Origin: the human T2T-CHM13v2.0 reference genome, Homo sapiens
Reading direction: 5' to 3' (one strand)
DNA length: 64,000 nt
NCBI RefSeq assembly: GCF_009914755.1
Contig: NC_060926.1
The position numbers and the translations under genes are program-made. A model generated the notes under the pieces. That model saw only the letters and a program-made list of their open reading frames with translations. It searched no databases and was not told where the DNA came from. Shown piece by piece: positions 48,229 to 62,589 of this stretch; position 1 is the first letter of the stretch; each line of letters begins with the position of its first letter.

Positions 48229-49131
48229 TATTTCTTTTACTTTAAATGCTAAATTAAAGGTCACAGCTTAGTTCTGAGAACTAAACAGACACCTAACACT
48301 GAACCCAAGCATTAGACAAACTTACCCACCCAGTCTCTCTCATGGTCAGAGGTAGCAGAAAGCAGGAAGTACCTCTGGAAAAGCTGAACAACTTGTGTGC
48401 TTAGTAGGCAGCTTACTTCAATTTTAAGAGTTTGAAGAAGTGATAGATCTAAGCAAGCAAGTTTATTTTTTACTTCCTCCCAATTTTACCAGTCATATAT
48501 CACTCCCCTGCCCTGGGTTGAAGTGAGTAAAGGGACAAACAGATTCATTTACAGGGAGAAAACAGAGTGAGAATTAAGTATTCCCCACACCGTCTTATTT
48601 TTATTCAAAACCCATTAAGCTTTTTCACAAATCCTGTAGTCAAGCAAGAATAGGGCTGTCCTCTTTGGAAGATGGAACAGCGGTCCATCAGGAAAATCCT
48701 ACTGGACCTTCTTAGGCTGAATGTCCATTACCAACCACTGCTTTTTGGGAATCATCCTGGAACGACTGGTAGTCACTTTAGATTTCTCTAAAATGGATAG
48801 GAATTTAGATGGATAGGATATATATTTATATATAATATCTAAATCAGCTCCGAAGCCTCTATGTACCAAAGAGTAAAAATCTATTTCCTAATCAATTTGC
48901 CATCCCAAATTACAACCAACCATATTACCCACATAGCATTCCAGAAATTCACAATGACATTAAAACATTCTAAAAATAAAAATGCCCACAATAGTAAAGA
49001 CAACCAATTCGAGGAAGGAAACACTCTCCGGTTATCAAATTCCAAGGGAGAATGGTTAAGTCCTCCTGCAAGATAATGCCCAAAAATTCAAATGCCAACT
49101 GGACTCCAATTAATTTGCCCTCTTGAGTTAA

Positions 49132-49454
<323 letters not shown>

Positions 49455-49852
49455 CAAGTCCTCAAATTTTTAAGTTAAAGACCAAACCATCTTTTTTAGC
49501 AAAATCTTGGTGGTGTGAAACAGGGTTTTTTAAAACAGTCTCAGAAAGGGGGATAGTTTCTTTGGGATCAGAAATTGCAATGCCAAGTCTGATATATTTC
49601 AATTTGAAACATCCCAATGATAGGACACTCATGACTATTAAGCATTGGCCTCACAATCGCCAAAGTGAGAAAGCAAGCCAACATCCAGGCCCCAGAGCCA
49701 TTATGTCAGGCAACACCGTGCTCCTGGTACTTAGTGCTGAAAAGGCCACAGTAAAGGGTGATGAGGTTTTGATGGCTTCAGCCTTGCCAGGATAGGTCGA
49801 TGTCCACATATCTAGAATCCCCAAATGAAGAACGTAAAAAAGAGTGGAGAGC

Positions 49853-50655
49853 TCAGACGCTCCGGGCAGAGAGAGGCCGGGTGTCCTGCTTCTTATAGCT
49901 TGGGCGGAATGGGCGCTCAGAGCCAGCCTCCCAAAAATTCGCAGAGCCCCGCAGGGGACCGGCCACCACCGCCATTATCGCCCGCGTCTGCGCCAGGGCT
50001 CGGCGGCGTGGCGCCACCAATCGCCGGTCCGCGGGAGCCTTCGGTCTTCTTGTCTGTGACCTACTACTTCGACCACAACGCGGTGACTTGGAGGAACTTT
50101 CCCAAGTATTTTCTTCACCAGTATCATGAGGAGAGGAAACAAGCTGAAAAACTCGTAAAGCTACGGAACGGCCCGGGCAGCGCTTCGGGAGATGGAGGAA
50201 GCCCAGCGCCCGGCCTGGCCCGGCGGGAGGGCAGCAGAGCCGCTCACACTTGGAAAACGGTGTGAACCCGTCACTATGGGAACTGCGCAGTCTGGCTGCC
50301 TCCAAAAACGACACTCACAGGAGTGCCCTCTTTGAGATTCATGACCTGAATAGGCAGGTGAAAGCCATGCAAGAATTGGGTTCACGAGACGACGGAAGTG
50401 CCCCTCCCTGCCCGTTGGGTTGGTCCTCCTAGTCCCCTTCCCTGTCCCCGCCCCACCCCCAGCTGGGCCAAGTGTCTGTGACAAGTTCATCCCAGGAGAC
50501 AGTGATGACTTAGAGCTGAGCCTAGATCGGCTTCCCCATGGCCATGGGGCGGATACATACTTACCCTGTCAGTTATACCAGACAATCTACTACTGTCATT
50601 TGTACCATTCCTTCAAATGAAATAATTTGGTACCCTTCCCTGTCAAAAATAAAAT
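49853..50655 (+). pseudogene. FTH1P: Processed pseudogene of ferritin heavy chain (parent FTH1)
   Basis: Frames [42 protein letters not shown] and [19 protein letters not shown]...LNRQVKAMQELG match FTH1; no introns; start codon appears as ATT (49974); frameshifts and deletions; FTH1-like 5' UTR and 3' end atttgtaccattccttcaaatgaaataatttggtaccc followed by an A-rich remnant. Specific pseudogene number not determined. Confidence 0.93.
49855..50315. promoter_or_regulatory. CpG island
   Basis: About 40 CpGs by hand count in about 460 bp of GC-rich sequence; GC box GGGCGG at 49902. Confidence 0.8.
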
Positions 50656-50775
50656 GAACTGAGAAAAATCTCCCAGGAGGGAATTCATTTTGCACCCATG
50701 TATATATAATATTTGGGGGAACAAGAAGGACAGGGGAGCCTTTCTCTCCCATGCAGTCTGTATGTTTTAAATATC

Positions 50776-51083
50776 TTTTTTCTTTTTTCAAGAGCAAGAG
50801 ATGAAGTCTTGCTCTTGTCCCCCAGGCTGTAGGGCGATGGCACGATCTCGGCTCACTGCAAGTTCCACCTCCTGGGTTCACTCATCCCTTTTTCCTGCCT
50901 CAGCCTCCAGAGTAGCTAGGACTACAGGCACCCGCCACCACACCCGGCTAATTTTTTGTATTTTTAGTAGAGACAGGGTTTCACTGTGTTAGCCAGGACG
51001 GTCTCGATCTCCTGACCTCGTGATCTGCCTGCCTTGGCCTCCCAAAGTGCTGGGATTACAGGTGTGAGCCACTGGGCCCGGCC
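50776..51083 (-). mobile_element. AluY/Sc-like
   Basis: Full reverse Alu. Confidence 0.92.
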
Positions 51084-51084
51084 C

Positions 51085-51212
51085 TAATTTTTGTATTTTT
51101 AGTAGAGATGGGGTTTCACCATGTTGGCCAGACTGGTCTCGAACTCCTGACCTCCAGTAATCTGCCCGCCTGAGCCTCCCAAAGTGTTGGGATTACAGGT
51201 GTGAGCCACCAT
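51085..51212 (-). mobile_element. Alu left monomer
   Basis: ctaatttttgtatttttagtagagatgggg...gtgagccacca. Confidence 0.9.
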
Positions 51213-51473
51213 AACTGTACATTTCCTCTTAGAGTCACATGATTTTTGAATCCTGCTACTTGAATACAAACTCTGTTAACATGCTGAGGTTTTTTTTTCC
51301 TTTCTTTTCTGTTGTTTGTTTCTTTGTTTTTCTTTCATTTATAGTGCCTGTCATTACTTCTTGTGATAGATTCTTTGGTCTAAGGCTTTCACTTCATTTA
51401 ACTTCACTGCAAATCATGCTTAGCAGATTACAGACGTTGCTATTGTTGCTTCTGAAGCTTGTGCCTAGGAAAA

Positions 51474-51640
51474 TGGTTCTCAAGTATGGGCTCCAGACAA
51501 GAACATAAGCATTACTAGGATTTGATAGAAATGCAAATTATTGGACTTCCATCTGAAACTTTGGAGATAGGCCTCGTAATAGGTAAGTTAACAAGCCTGC
51601 TGGATAATTCTGATGCATGTTCAAGTTTGAGAATTATTAC
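51474..51640. mobile_element. MER5A hAT DNA transposon
   Basis: tggttctcaa...tagaaatgcaaatt...attctgatgca...aagtttgagaa terminal inverted repeats. Confidence 0.8.
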
Positions 51641-51649
51641 CCACCTCTA

Positions 51650-51812
51650 AGAGCTGACAAACTTTTTTCTATGAAAAGCCAGTGGACATTATGGTTTTTG
51701 TTACAACTATGAACTTCTGCCCCTGTGGAGAGAAAGGGATTTAGACAAATGGCTGTAGTGGTGTTCCAAGAAAGTTTTATTTACCAAAATAGCTGGTTTG
51801 CTGACCCCCACA
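51650..51812 (+). mobile_element. MER58-like fragment
   Basis: caaactttttct...aaagccag; gtgttccaagaaagttttatttac; gtttgctgacccc. Confidence 0.6.
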
Positions 51813-51824
51813 CTAGAGGATTAG

Positions 51825-52531
<707 letters not shown>

Positions 52532-53829
52532 TGAAACATGTTCTTTCAGGGCACAAGCATGCCACCAAGAGTAACTCAATCATCTTGAAATATTTCCACT
52601 AGTTCTTTAAGAATTATTCATTCTTATTCATGAAAAAGCTACATTAGAGATAATTCTTTCATCAATTTCTCCTCAGCTCTGAATATGTGATAGAATTTGG
52701 AACAGTCATCTGGCAATGCCTAACTGCCTGGCACTAAGACTTTAAACTAGATTCTGTGAACTGTAAATCATAGAACTATGTGATCTTGGCTCTTTTAATG
52801 TTTAAGTGCAGCAAATATTTTATGCTTATCAATACAAAGGAAGCATATATTCTCTTTTTCCTATAGTACAATCTTTGCCGCAGAAATATCTGTTAGCAAA
52901 ACCTCAGTTTATGAATTAAGCTTTGGTCCCATACAACTGTTAGAAGCTCATCCGGGGTCTCTATACCGCAGCTAAGAAGCTTTGTGATTCCTGTGCACCT
53001 TTACTGAGGCCAGCCATCTGAGCCATGTACCTCTGCTGGCGCCCTCTTGCTGTTCCCAGACTCTTTGGTGTCCTTGCCTAAGGCCTGGGCAGCCTTATAA
53101 AATTGGGCTGGCCTTATTTTAGCCTGCGGTGTGAAGCGAAGTTGTAGCAGCTGAAGATTGGTCATTGACTATAAGTCTGTAAAAAACCTCCAAGATCAGA
53201 AAACCATGGTGACACATAAAAGTCCAGTGTCCAAAGATACAGCTGTGATCCCATCAAAATCTTCCTAATGTACTTTTTTCGCTCCAAAATTTTACTCCTT
53301 TCTAAATATTCATTGCCTGTAGCCAATGTACCAAATATTGAGGCCCCTTAGAAGATTTAATAAATAGCTCCCTTCTCCCATACCCAAGTTCTAAATGCAT
53401 TGAAAACTAATATGGAGGCTAGCTGTCAACTTTATTGCTTATAAATTATGAGTGAGAGAAAACAGCTTGGGTATAAGGACCTAAAGGGATTTCTAACACT
53501 GAGCCCCAGAATTGACTGGAATTATACAGTTTTGATACCTAAAGACCTTCCTATCCTTACACTAGTTTGCTGCAGAAATAGAGCCTGACCCTGTTTGGGC
53601 AGCAGGGTATGTGCTCCCTCTGGAAAGCTCCTTTAAAAAGATAACTGCTGAGTTAAGTATGGCCTGTCTATTCTTCCCAAACTTACCCAACAACTAAATC
53701 ACTTCTTGCCTTTGGGGTACAGTGAGTAAAACAGTGGAGAGTACAAAGGAATAATATCAATTGAGCTTCTTCCACCTGGAAAAATACATATTGGGTGCAG
53801 AAAGTAATTAATTATACCATTTAACAGAG

Positions 53830-55250
53830 ACTACTGACCATTTGTAAATTTTGCCATGTGAATGGTCTGCTCAAGTCCTTGGCTCACTATAATTAGATTA
53901 TTTGTCTTCTTGTTGATTTGTAGCAATCATTTATATATCCTGCAAATGAGTTATTTGACAATTATATCTATCGTGAATATGTTCTCCCAGCCTATGACCA
54001 ATCTGTTTCTTTCTTAATGGTTTTTTTTTCTGATGAGCAGAAGTTTTAAATTTTGATCATTATTATTTAATCAGTTTGTTCTTATAATTATTACTCTCTG
54101 CTTTCTTCTATTTAAGAAACATTTTTTAAACCACAGATTATAAAAATATCATCCTGTGTTTTCTTCCAGTCTTAGTATTTTTAATTTATTCATTTGGGTC
54201 ATTCATTTATCTTATATTAATTTTTGTGCCTGGTGCAAGGTAGAAGTCATATGAATACAGACACGTAGTTGTTCCAGAATCATTTGTTGAAGAGATATCC
54301 CTTTCCTTCCCCCATATAACCACTATTACACCTTTTTCAAAAATCAATAGACTAAATACGTGTGATTTTATAAATGATTCCTTTTATCCATTTGTCTATT
54401 CTTGTATTAATAACAAACAATCCTAATTAGTGTTAATATGTAAGTCCTGAATCAGCTAATGTAGATACTCTGACTTGGATTTTTATTTTCAAACTTGTTT
54501 TGTTTTTTCAAGTAATTTGCATTTCCATATAAATTTTAGAATCAACTTACTGATTTCTATCAAAATGTTCTATGTATCTTACTGGGATTGAATAATATCT
54601 GTAAATTTATTTGGAAAAAAATGACTTTTTAACAGTTTTGAGTATTACAAACTATAAACATGGGATGTATCGCCATTTGTTTAGGTCTTATTTAATTTCT
54701 CTTGGAAGCAGTGTTTTGTAGTTTTCAGTGTAGAAATTTGAAACCTCACATTAAATTTATCTACACATTTCGTTATTTTTCCATGCTGGTATAAATCATA
54801 TCTATTTCATCATTTTCACCGTTTGTTACTCATATATAAAAGTTCAACTGATCTTTGCTATTGGCATTTCTTCCATTAATCTATGAAATGTATTTATAAG
54901 TTCTAGTATTTTTTGGCAAATTACTTAAGATTTTTCACACAATCATGCTGTCTACATATAAAATTGTTTTAATTTTCCACTTGTAATCTCTATGACTTTT
55001 ATTTACTTTACTTGCATTGCACCTCTAGTACAATGATGAATAAAAGTGATGAGAGTGTGCAAATCTTGCACATTTCCAAATGTATCAACTTTAGAAAAAA
55101 GGCATAAGTTTTCCACCATTAATTTTGATGTTAGCTCCAAGTTTTCCATAAATACCATATTTCATTTTGTGGAAATTCACTTTCATTTCCAATTTGCTGA
55201 GAGTATATATCAAAAATGTTGATTTTTTAAATGCTTATTTTGCTTCTATT
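53830..55250 (-). mobile_element. Old L1M ORF2 remnant
   Basis: T-rich; gatgagcagaagttttaaattttgat, ttccagaatcatttgttgaa, ttgcatttccatataaattttagaatcaactt. Confidence 0.8.
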
Positions 55251-55977
55251 AAGATACACTTTTTAAAAAATGTTAAATAAATACTTCTGTTAGAATAGAT
55301 GCGAGGAAAACAAATTCAGCTTTAGTACTGTCTGTCATATTTCAGTAGGTTTTCTTTTTCCAAATTGAATTTTGAGACCTCTTACATTTAAATGGAACAG
55401 GATTGATAAATTAAAAGTCTTATACTTGGTAGAGTAGCTAAACAGAATTATAATGAATAAAGCAAAATAGTGAAGTGTTTACAACAATTTCAATGGAACA
55501 AGTGACTAATCTTTTAAACAGCCTGTATTGTCAGTTTCAAGTTGGATTCACCAATGGTCATTCATTCCTTTATTCATGTTTTTATTTATAAAAAAATCTA
55601 TCAAGTACTTATTACATTTTAGTAATAAATAAATGTGCATACATATAAAGAAAAGATTGCTGGAATGTTTATCAAAGTGATAACTATAGTTATCACTAGG
55701 TAGTGTGAGTAGGCCTGGCTTATTTTCTTCTCTAAATAACTGTATTTAATTAATTATTTTCAAAAGTAATATTTTATTTTTATAAATGGAAAAAAAGTTA
55801 TTTTTTAAAATCATTCCAAGATGAAAACAGTATAACCTCTCAATCTCAACATCAGTTACCTAGGACAGGAATTCACATGTTAGAGACTGGCAAATTGCCA
55901 CGTACAGATGCATAGCCTCTGTAGTCCCTAGTTTACTGTGATCTGGAACAGCATCCATCATGTTTATGCTAGATATC

Positions 55978-56344
55978 TGATATGGTTTGGCTGTGTCCTT
56001 CCACCCAAATCTCATCTTGAATTGTAGCATAATCCCCATGTGTCAAAGGAGGGAATTGGTAGGAGGTAATTGAATCACAGGGGCAGTTGTCCCCTATGGG
56101 TTGTTCTTCTCATGATAGTGAGTGGGTCTCACAAGATCTGATGGCTTCATAAAGTGCAGTTCCCCTGCACACGATCTCTTGTCAGCTGCCATGTAAGATG
56201 TGCCTTTGCTTCTCCTTCACCTTCCACCCTGATTGTGAGGCCTCCCCAGCCATGTGAAACTTGAGTCCATTAAACCTCTTTTTCTTTAAAAATTACCCAG
56301 TGTTGGGTATTTTTTTCATAGCAGTATGAAAATGGACTAATACA
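55978..56344 (+). mobile_element. THE1 solo LTR
   Basis: TGATATGGTTTGGCTGTGTCC...GGACTAATACA; 5-bp TSD ATATC. Confidence 0.95.
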
Positions 56345-56699
56345 ATATCACCAACAACTTCTTCCCCCTTATTCCATTATACCTGGTAGTAAATTAAATG
56401 TTTAGCATATGACAAAAACAGGACAAAGGGAGTGGAGAATCTATTTCTAATGCCCAAGCCCAGGTTCAATGCATACTTATCCTCAAGTGCATCTAATTTT
56501 ATATACTTTTAAGCCAAATAGACTTTCAGTAGGGAAAGTCATAATGTCCCTTTATTCATGCCTGATTTTTCTAAACTGATTGTATCTATTCCTTAGAGCC
56601 CTGCTCATTATTAGCTCAGTCCATTGGATCTATGAAGGTACCAGAGGCATCAAGAATGTAGGAGAGGCATTCTTTCCTTCAGCAAGGACTTAATGTCTT

Positions 56700-57430
<731 letters not shown>

Positions 57431-57989
57431 TTCCAAAATTACTACAGATCATGCCAAACTATTCATTTTCCTTTCTAGCTTTTTAGTTTCTTTACAGAAA
57501 TGACCTTACTCATACCTTATAAATATATCTCATAACACTAATTGTGGGAATAATTATCCAGCAGTACAAAAAAATGACAGATGGTTGTATCCATTCTGCA
57601 GTAACTTACAATAGAAGAGCAAATGATATTCAAGATTCCAAACGTTTGTTTCATTTTTCCCTGCTCTCAATTTTATACTGTTGTATGTCTTCTCTACTGG
57701 TTCATGAATGTGAGTTATTGAACCTCTTTATCCTTAATTTGCTGATAATTTAAATGTGGATAATAATTTCTATAATAACAACTGGGGAGTCATGATATGA
57801 GATTTTAGTGAGATAATAGATGTGAAAAAAACTTTAAAGAGCTGGAAGCACTAAGCTGAGAGTGAGAAACTGGTATTAAAGTGGAAGATGGTAACCTATA
57901 AAAGATCTTTTGCAAAATAGAAACTAGGGGTTTTTTTCCCCTTCCCATTGGTTAGGAAACTGTTATAACTATCAGTGAAATCACCACCT

Positions 57990-58498
57990 TGATTAGCTTC
58001 CTGCTGCTGCTATAGAAGATTATAACAAACCTAGTGGCTTAAAAGAACACTAATTTATAATCTATTCTGGAGGCTAAAAGTTAGAAGGGTCTCACTGAGC
58101 TAAAATCAAGATGTTGACAGGGCCACACTTTTTCTGGAAGCTTTAGAGAAGAACTTCTTTCCTTGCTTTTTCCAGCTTCTAAAGGCTGCTCACATTCTTT
58201 GATTCTGGGACATCTTTAAAGCCAACTTAGTCTATTGGATCTAATGGGGCTGGGTCTTTCCCATGCTGTCATATCTCTAGTTCTCTCCCTTCTTCCTTCT
58301 TCTTCCACTTATAAGTATTCTTGTGATACTGGCTTCACTCAGATAATCCAGGATTAACTTCCCATCTCAAGACTGGCTGATTAACAACCTTAATTCTAGC
58401 TTTAGCATTAATTCCTCCTTGCTATGTAATCTATTTACAGGTTCCAGGAATTAGAATGTAGACATCTTGAGGAGCTGTTTTTGGCATCTCACACCACA
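57990..58498 (-). mobile_element. MLT1 LTR
   Basis: ctgctatagaagattataacaaacctagtggcttaaaa...ttccagcttctaaaggctgct...caggttccaggaattaga. Confidence 0.82.
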
Positions 58499-58762
58499 TT
58501 AGAGTGGTTTATTATGGAATTCTAATGTAGACAGTCATGGATAACACAGTGACAGTTTCGAAGTAGGCTAAGATTGCACGTGAGGTTTCGGTGCTTAGAT
58601 GAAGAGATAGTCCATATCAGTCTGAGGTATATGCACAGAGAACAAAAAACTGTCTCAAGGGGAGAAGGAAGCAGTCGGTCAGCTCTCCATTAGTAGTAGC
58701 TCAGTCTATATGAAGAATACCACAAACCATCTGGTGTTTAGGCCCTCATGACAAAGAACACA

Positions 58763-59085
58763 TGTGATGGTTAATATTGAGTGTCAACTTGACTGGATTG
58801 AAGGATGCAAAGTATTGATCCTGGGTGTGTCTGTGAGGATGTTGCCAAAGGAGATTAACATTTGAGTCAGTGGGCTGGGAAAGGCAGACCCCTTAATCTA
58901 GGTGAGCACTATCTCATCAGCTGCTAGTGTGGCTAGAATATGAGCAAGCAGAAACATGTGAAAAGAGAGACTGCCCTACCCTCCCAGCCTACATCTTTCT
59001 CCCCTGCTGGATGGTTCCTGCCCTCAAACATTGGACTCCCAGAACTCCATTAGCTCTGTCCCTCTAGAGAACCCTGACTAATACG
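58763..59085 (+). mobile_element. MLT2A LTR, internally deleted
   Basis: TGTGATGGTTAATATTGAGTGTCAACTTGA...CTGTCCCTCTAGAGAACCCTGACTAATAC; TSD acaca/ataca. Confidence 0.9.
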
Positions 59086-59459
59086 ATACATGAGGTGAGA
59101 TTTTTAAAAAATCTGAACTCCACCAATCAGAGGTCCCTTTTTATAGCGTTTTTCAGTCCCTGCTTCTTTTTCTCATGTAACAGTCTTCCAACCTGAACCC
59201 AGTCAAGCTCTGCTGTTTTTCTAAGTATCTTCTTGTTCAGCCAATAATTCTTTCGGTTGGCTTTTAATTTAGGAGTTGGTTAATCATAAGAAAAATTACT
59301 TTGGACCAAAATGTTTATAGTTGCTTTGCCTATGCTAACATACAGGCAAAGCAACTATAACATGACAAATACAAATTCTCCCTAATGCCCAGGCTGTGAC
59401 AGACCAGGAACTTAAGTGTAACATATGATCTGTACATAACTAAAATTTATTAAAATCAT

Positions 59460-59900
59460 CAGCATCAAATATTAATCATGAGCACACTACCTACAGGGCT
59501 TTCTATATTAGGCAATGAAGATAAATAGTTATGAGATACGGTTTCTGCTCTTAAGAGGCCTGTCAAGCTCTTTGGTGTGACGGGATTCATACCTAAAATA
59601 AGCAAAAATGTAAGGCAAAATGCCAAGAGAGGGGTTGAGACAATGAGTACTACAGAATTTCAGAGAACAAAAAAAAATCATTGAAAGAACATTTATGGCA
59701 GGATATATGGAGCTTAGTTCAGTTAGTCTTGAACAAGTATAAAGGAACACATAGATTATTCCAAGCAAGGAGAATACCTTGATGGGTACAAAGGTACATA
59801 GGTAAAATCACATGATTGTTCTGAGGGACAATGAAAAGTCCATTTTGACTAACACAGGAGATGTGTGTCAAGAATATGAGGAGTTCACCTTGACACATGA
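59460..59900 (-). mobile_element. L2 remnant
   Basis: gagcacactacct...ttctgctcttaagaggc...attccaagcaaggagaa. Confidence 0.55.
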
Positions 59901-60113
59901 CTGCATAAGACTATATCAAGGTAATTCAGTTGATCCTTAGGTTTACACAAAAGGAAACAGCTAGGAGTAAGGGAATACCAGTGTGAAGAGCCAGTTCAGG
60001 AAGAAAATCTAACAGAATGTATTAGTGAGAGGATATTATTATAATGATGAGTCTCTGATTAAATCATCATCTATTTCATTATCTCCATCTATATTTCTAT
60101 ATCTATAGCTATA

Positions 60114-61302
60114 CAGTCATGTACTACATAATGACATTCTGGTCAATGACGAACTGCATGTGCTACAGTGGTCCCATAAGATTAAAATGAAGCTGAAAAA
60201 TTCCTGTGGCCTAGTGATGTCATAAGCATCAAACTGTGGTAATGCAATGCATTTTCACATGTTTGTGGTAATGCTGGTGTAAACAAACCTACCGTGCTGC
60301 CACTCAAAGTATAGCACATAATATTTGGTAATGACAATAAATGACTATGTAACTGGTTTATGTATTTACTATACTATAATTTTCATTATTATTTTAGAGG
60401 ATAGCCCTTCTATGTTTATAAAAAAAAAGAATTAACTGTATAACAGCTTCAGGTAGGTCCTTCAGGAGGCTTTTCAGAAGAAGGCATTGTTACCATGGGA
60501 GATGACAGTTCCATGCATGTTATTGCCCCCGAAGACCTTTCAGTGGGACAAGATCTGGAGGTGAAAGAGAATGACACTGATTATCCTGACCCTGTGTAGG
60601 CCTAGGCTAATGTATGTGTTTGTGTTTAAGTTTTTAACAAAAAGTTTTAAAAAGTAAAAAATAAATTAAAAGTACAAAAACAGAAAAAGTTTGTAGAATA
60701 AGGATACAAGGAAAAAATATTTTTGTATAGCTGTACAATGTGTTTGTGTTTTAAACTAAGTTTTATTACAAGAGTCAAAGTTAAAAAAGTTTATAAAGTA
60801 AAAAAAGATTCCAGTATGCTAAAGTTAATTTATTATTAAAGAAAGAAAAATATATTTTTAAAATTTATTATATCCTAAGTATGAAGTGTTTATGAAGTCT
60901 AGAGTAGTGTAATGTTTTAGGCCTTTACATTCACTCACCATTCACTCACCGACTCACCCAGAGCAACTCGCAGTCCTTCATGCCCCATTCTTGGGACATG
61001 CCCAATACAGGTGCACCATTTAAAAAATAAATCTTTTATACTATATTTTAAATATACCTTCTCTATATCTAAATATACAAATATTTACCATTTTGTCATA
61101 CTTAGCTATAGTATTTAGTACAGTAACATGTTGTACAGGTTTGTTGCCTAGAAACAAAAGACTACACCATATAACCTAGGTTTGTAGAAGGCTATACCAT
61201 CTATATTTGTGTATGTACACTCCATGATGTGCATACAATAGTGAAATTGCCTAATGATGCATTTCTCAGGACATATCCTTGTCATTAAGCAATACATGAC
61301 AA
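60114..61302 (+). mobile_element. Tigger3b (Golem) TcMar DNA transposon
   Basis: TIRs cagtcatgtactacataatgaca / tgtcattaagcaatacatgac; about 1.2 kb; gtggtcccataagatta. Confidence 0.88.
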
Positions 61303-62129
61303 AATACGAATTTACAAGCGTCTATCTATATTATTTATAATTTGACCTATTTTTCCCATTAAATAACTTCCTTGGTCCAAAAGATGATGCTGTTTTATTT
61401 TTATGAAGCTGAACCACAGCTTTCTTAGTAGCAAAGAGGTACTAAGAAAAAATATTGGCCTTTAACACGTGAGTATATTGTCTAATATTGCTGCAGTTGA
61501 AAACTGTAATAACAATGCCTTCTTAAGCTGACTGCCTTCCTGAAAACAGAAATACTCCTCTGGTAAATATATTTTAGTGAACACAGTCTCCTGGGAACAA
61601 GCAGAAAAATCATACTCTCTGTACCAGGTTTCAAGTGTCTACCTGACACTCTCCACCCTTTAAATTTGCTCCTTGCCATCTTTCTAAAACTGAAGGAGTT
61701 GGGCGGGTATGTGAATGTGGGTCTTAACTAAAAATGCCTTCAGCTTTGGTGGTTTGGCTCTAGAAAAGACAGTGATATGGTTTAAAGGAGATGAATTCAC
61801 TAAGAATCAAGCTAATACACAATAGTGGTTGAAAAAACAACCTGAAAGTTAATGGATTTTGTGAATAAACAAGCAGTGGAAAATAAAGCATTACCAACGT
61901 CTCTGAATTTTTATAAACCTTCAAATTTGAGGAGCATTATTTTGTTCTTACATGTGGCTTCTTTTCCTAATAATGGCAAAATAGTACACAAAATTAAAGG
62001 AACAGTAAATGCATTAATAAAAATATTTAAAAAGAGGCATAACTTTTTCCATTCAAGACAAAAATTCGTATGCCTTATACTTATAAGATATAATTTTAAA
62101 TAAATAGTGTCAAACTTTACATAGATACG

Positions 62130-62174
<45 letters not shown>
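62130..62174. repeat. (TAGA)11 tetranucleotide STR
   Basis: Perfect run. Confidence 0.97.
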
Positions 62175-62177
<3 letters not shown>

Positions 62178-62204
62178 CACAGATATTAAGCTATATAGGG
62201 TACT

Positions 62205-62585
62205 TTATACATGCCTAAGATCATCAAAATAACCCTGCAGATTAGACAGGGAAGATTTTATGAGTTCTGTTTTATAAAATGGGAAAAACTTTTACAGAGA
62301 GTCAATGACTCACCAAGGTCATATAGTTAGTTAATAAAATTGTACTTACATGTGTAAGCACACAGGTTTTTCATTCTAATATATCTTTGATAGGAATCCT
62401 TTCTCAGTCCCTTTCTATTAATAGCTGAGAGATGTTCTAATGGAAACTCCCTGAGTTTCACTTTCTTCGTATCTAAAGTGAGACTGCTTTCTAATATATA
62501 AATTTTGGTGAAGATGAAATGAGATAAGAAATATAAAGTTTCCAATACAGTATCTGGCACATAATGAGAGCTCAATAAATGCAGA
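62205..62585. mobile_element. MIR fragments in both orientations
   Basis: aataaccctgcag...aatgactcaccaaggtcata; gtgaagatgaaatgagataa...tggcacataatgagagctcaataaat. Confidence 0.7.
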
Positions 62586-62589
62586 TATT

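Noticed and set aside
49853-50314. 153-aa antisense ORF over the pseudogene
   Set aside because: No recognisable domain; expected by chance in GC-rich DNA
49853-50655. Functional intronless ferritin gene (FTMT/FTHL17-like)
   Set aside because: Start codon lost, deletions, frameshifts and an insertion disrupt the frame
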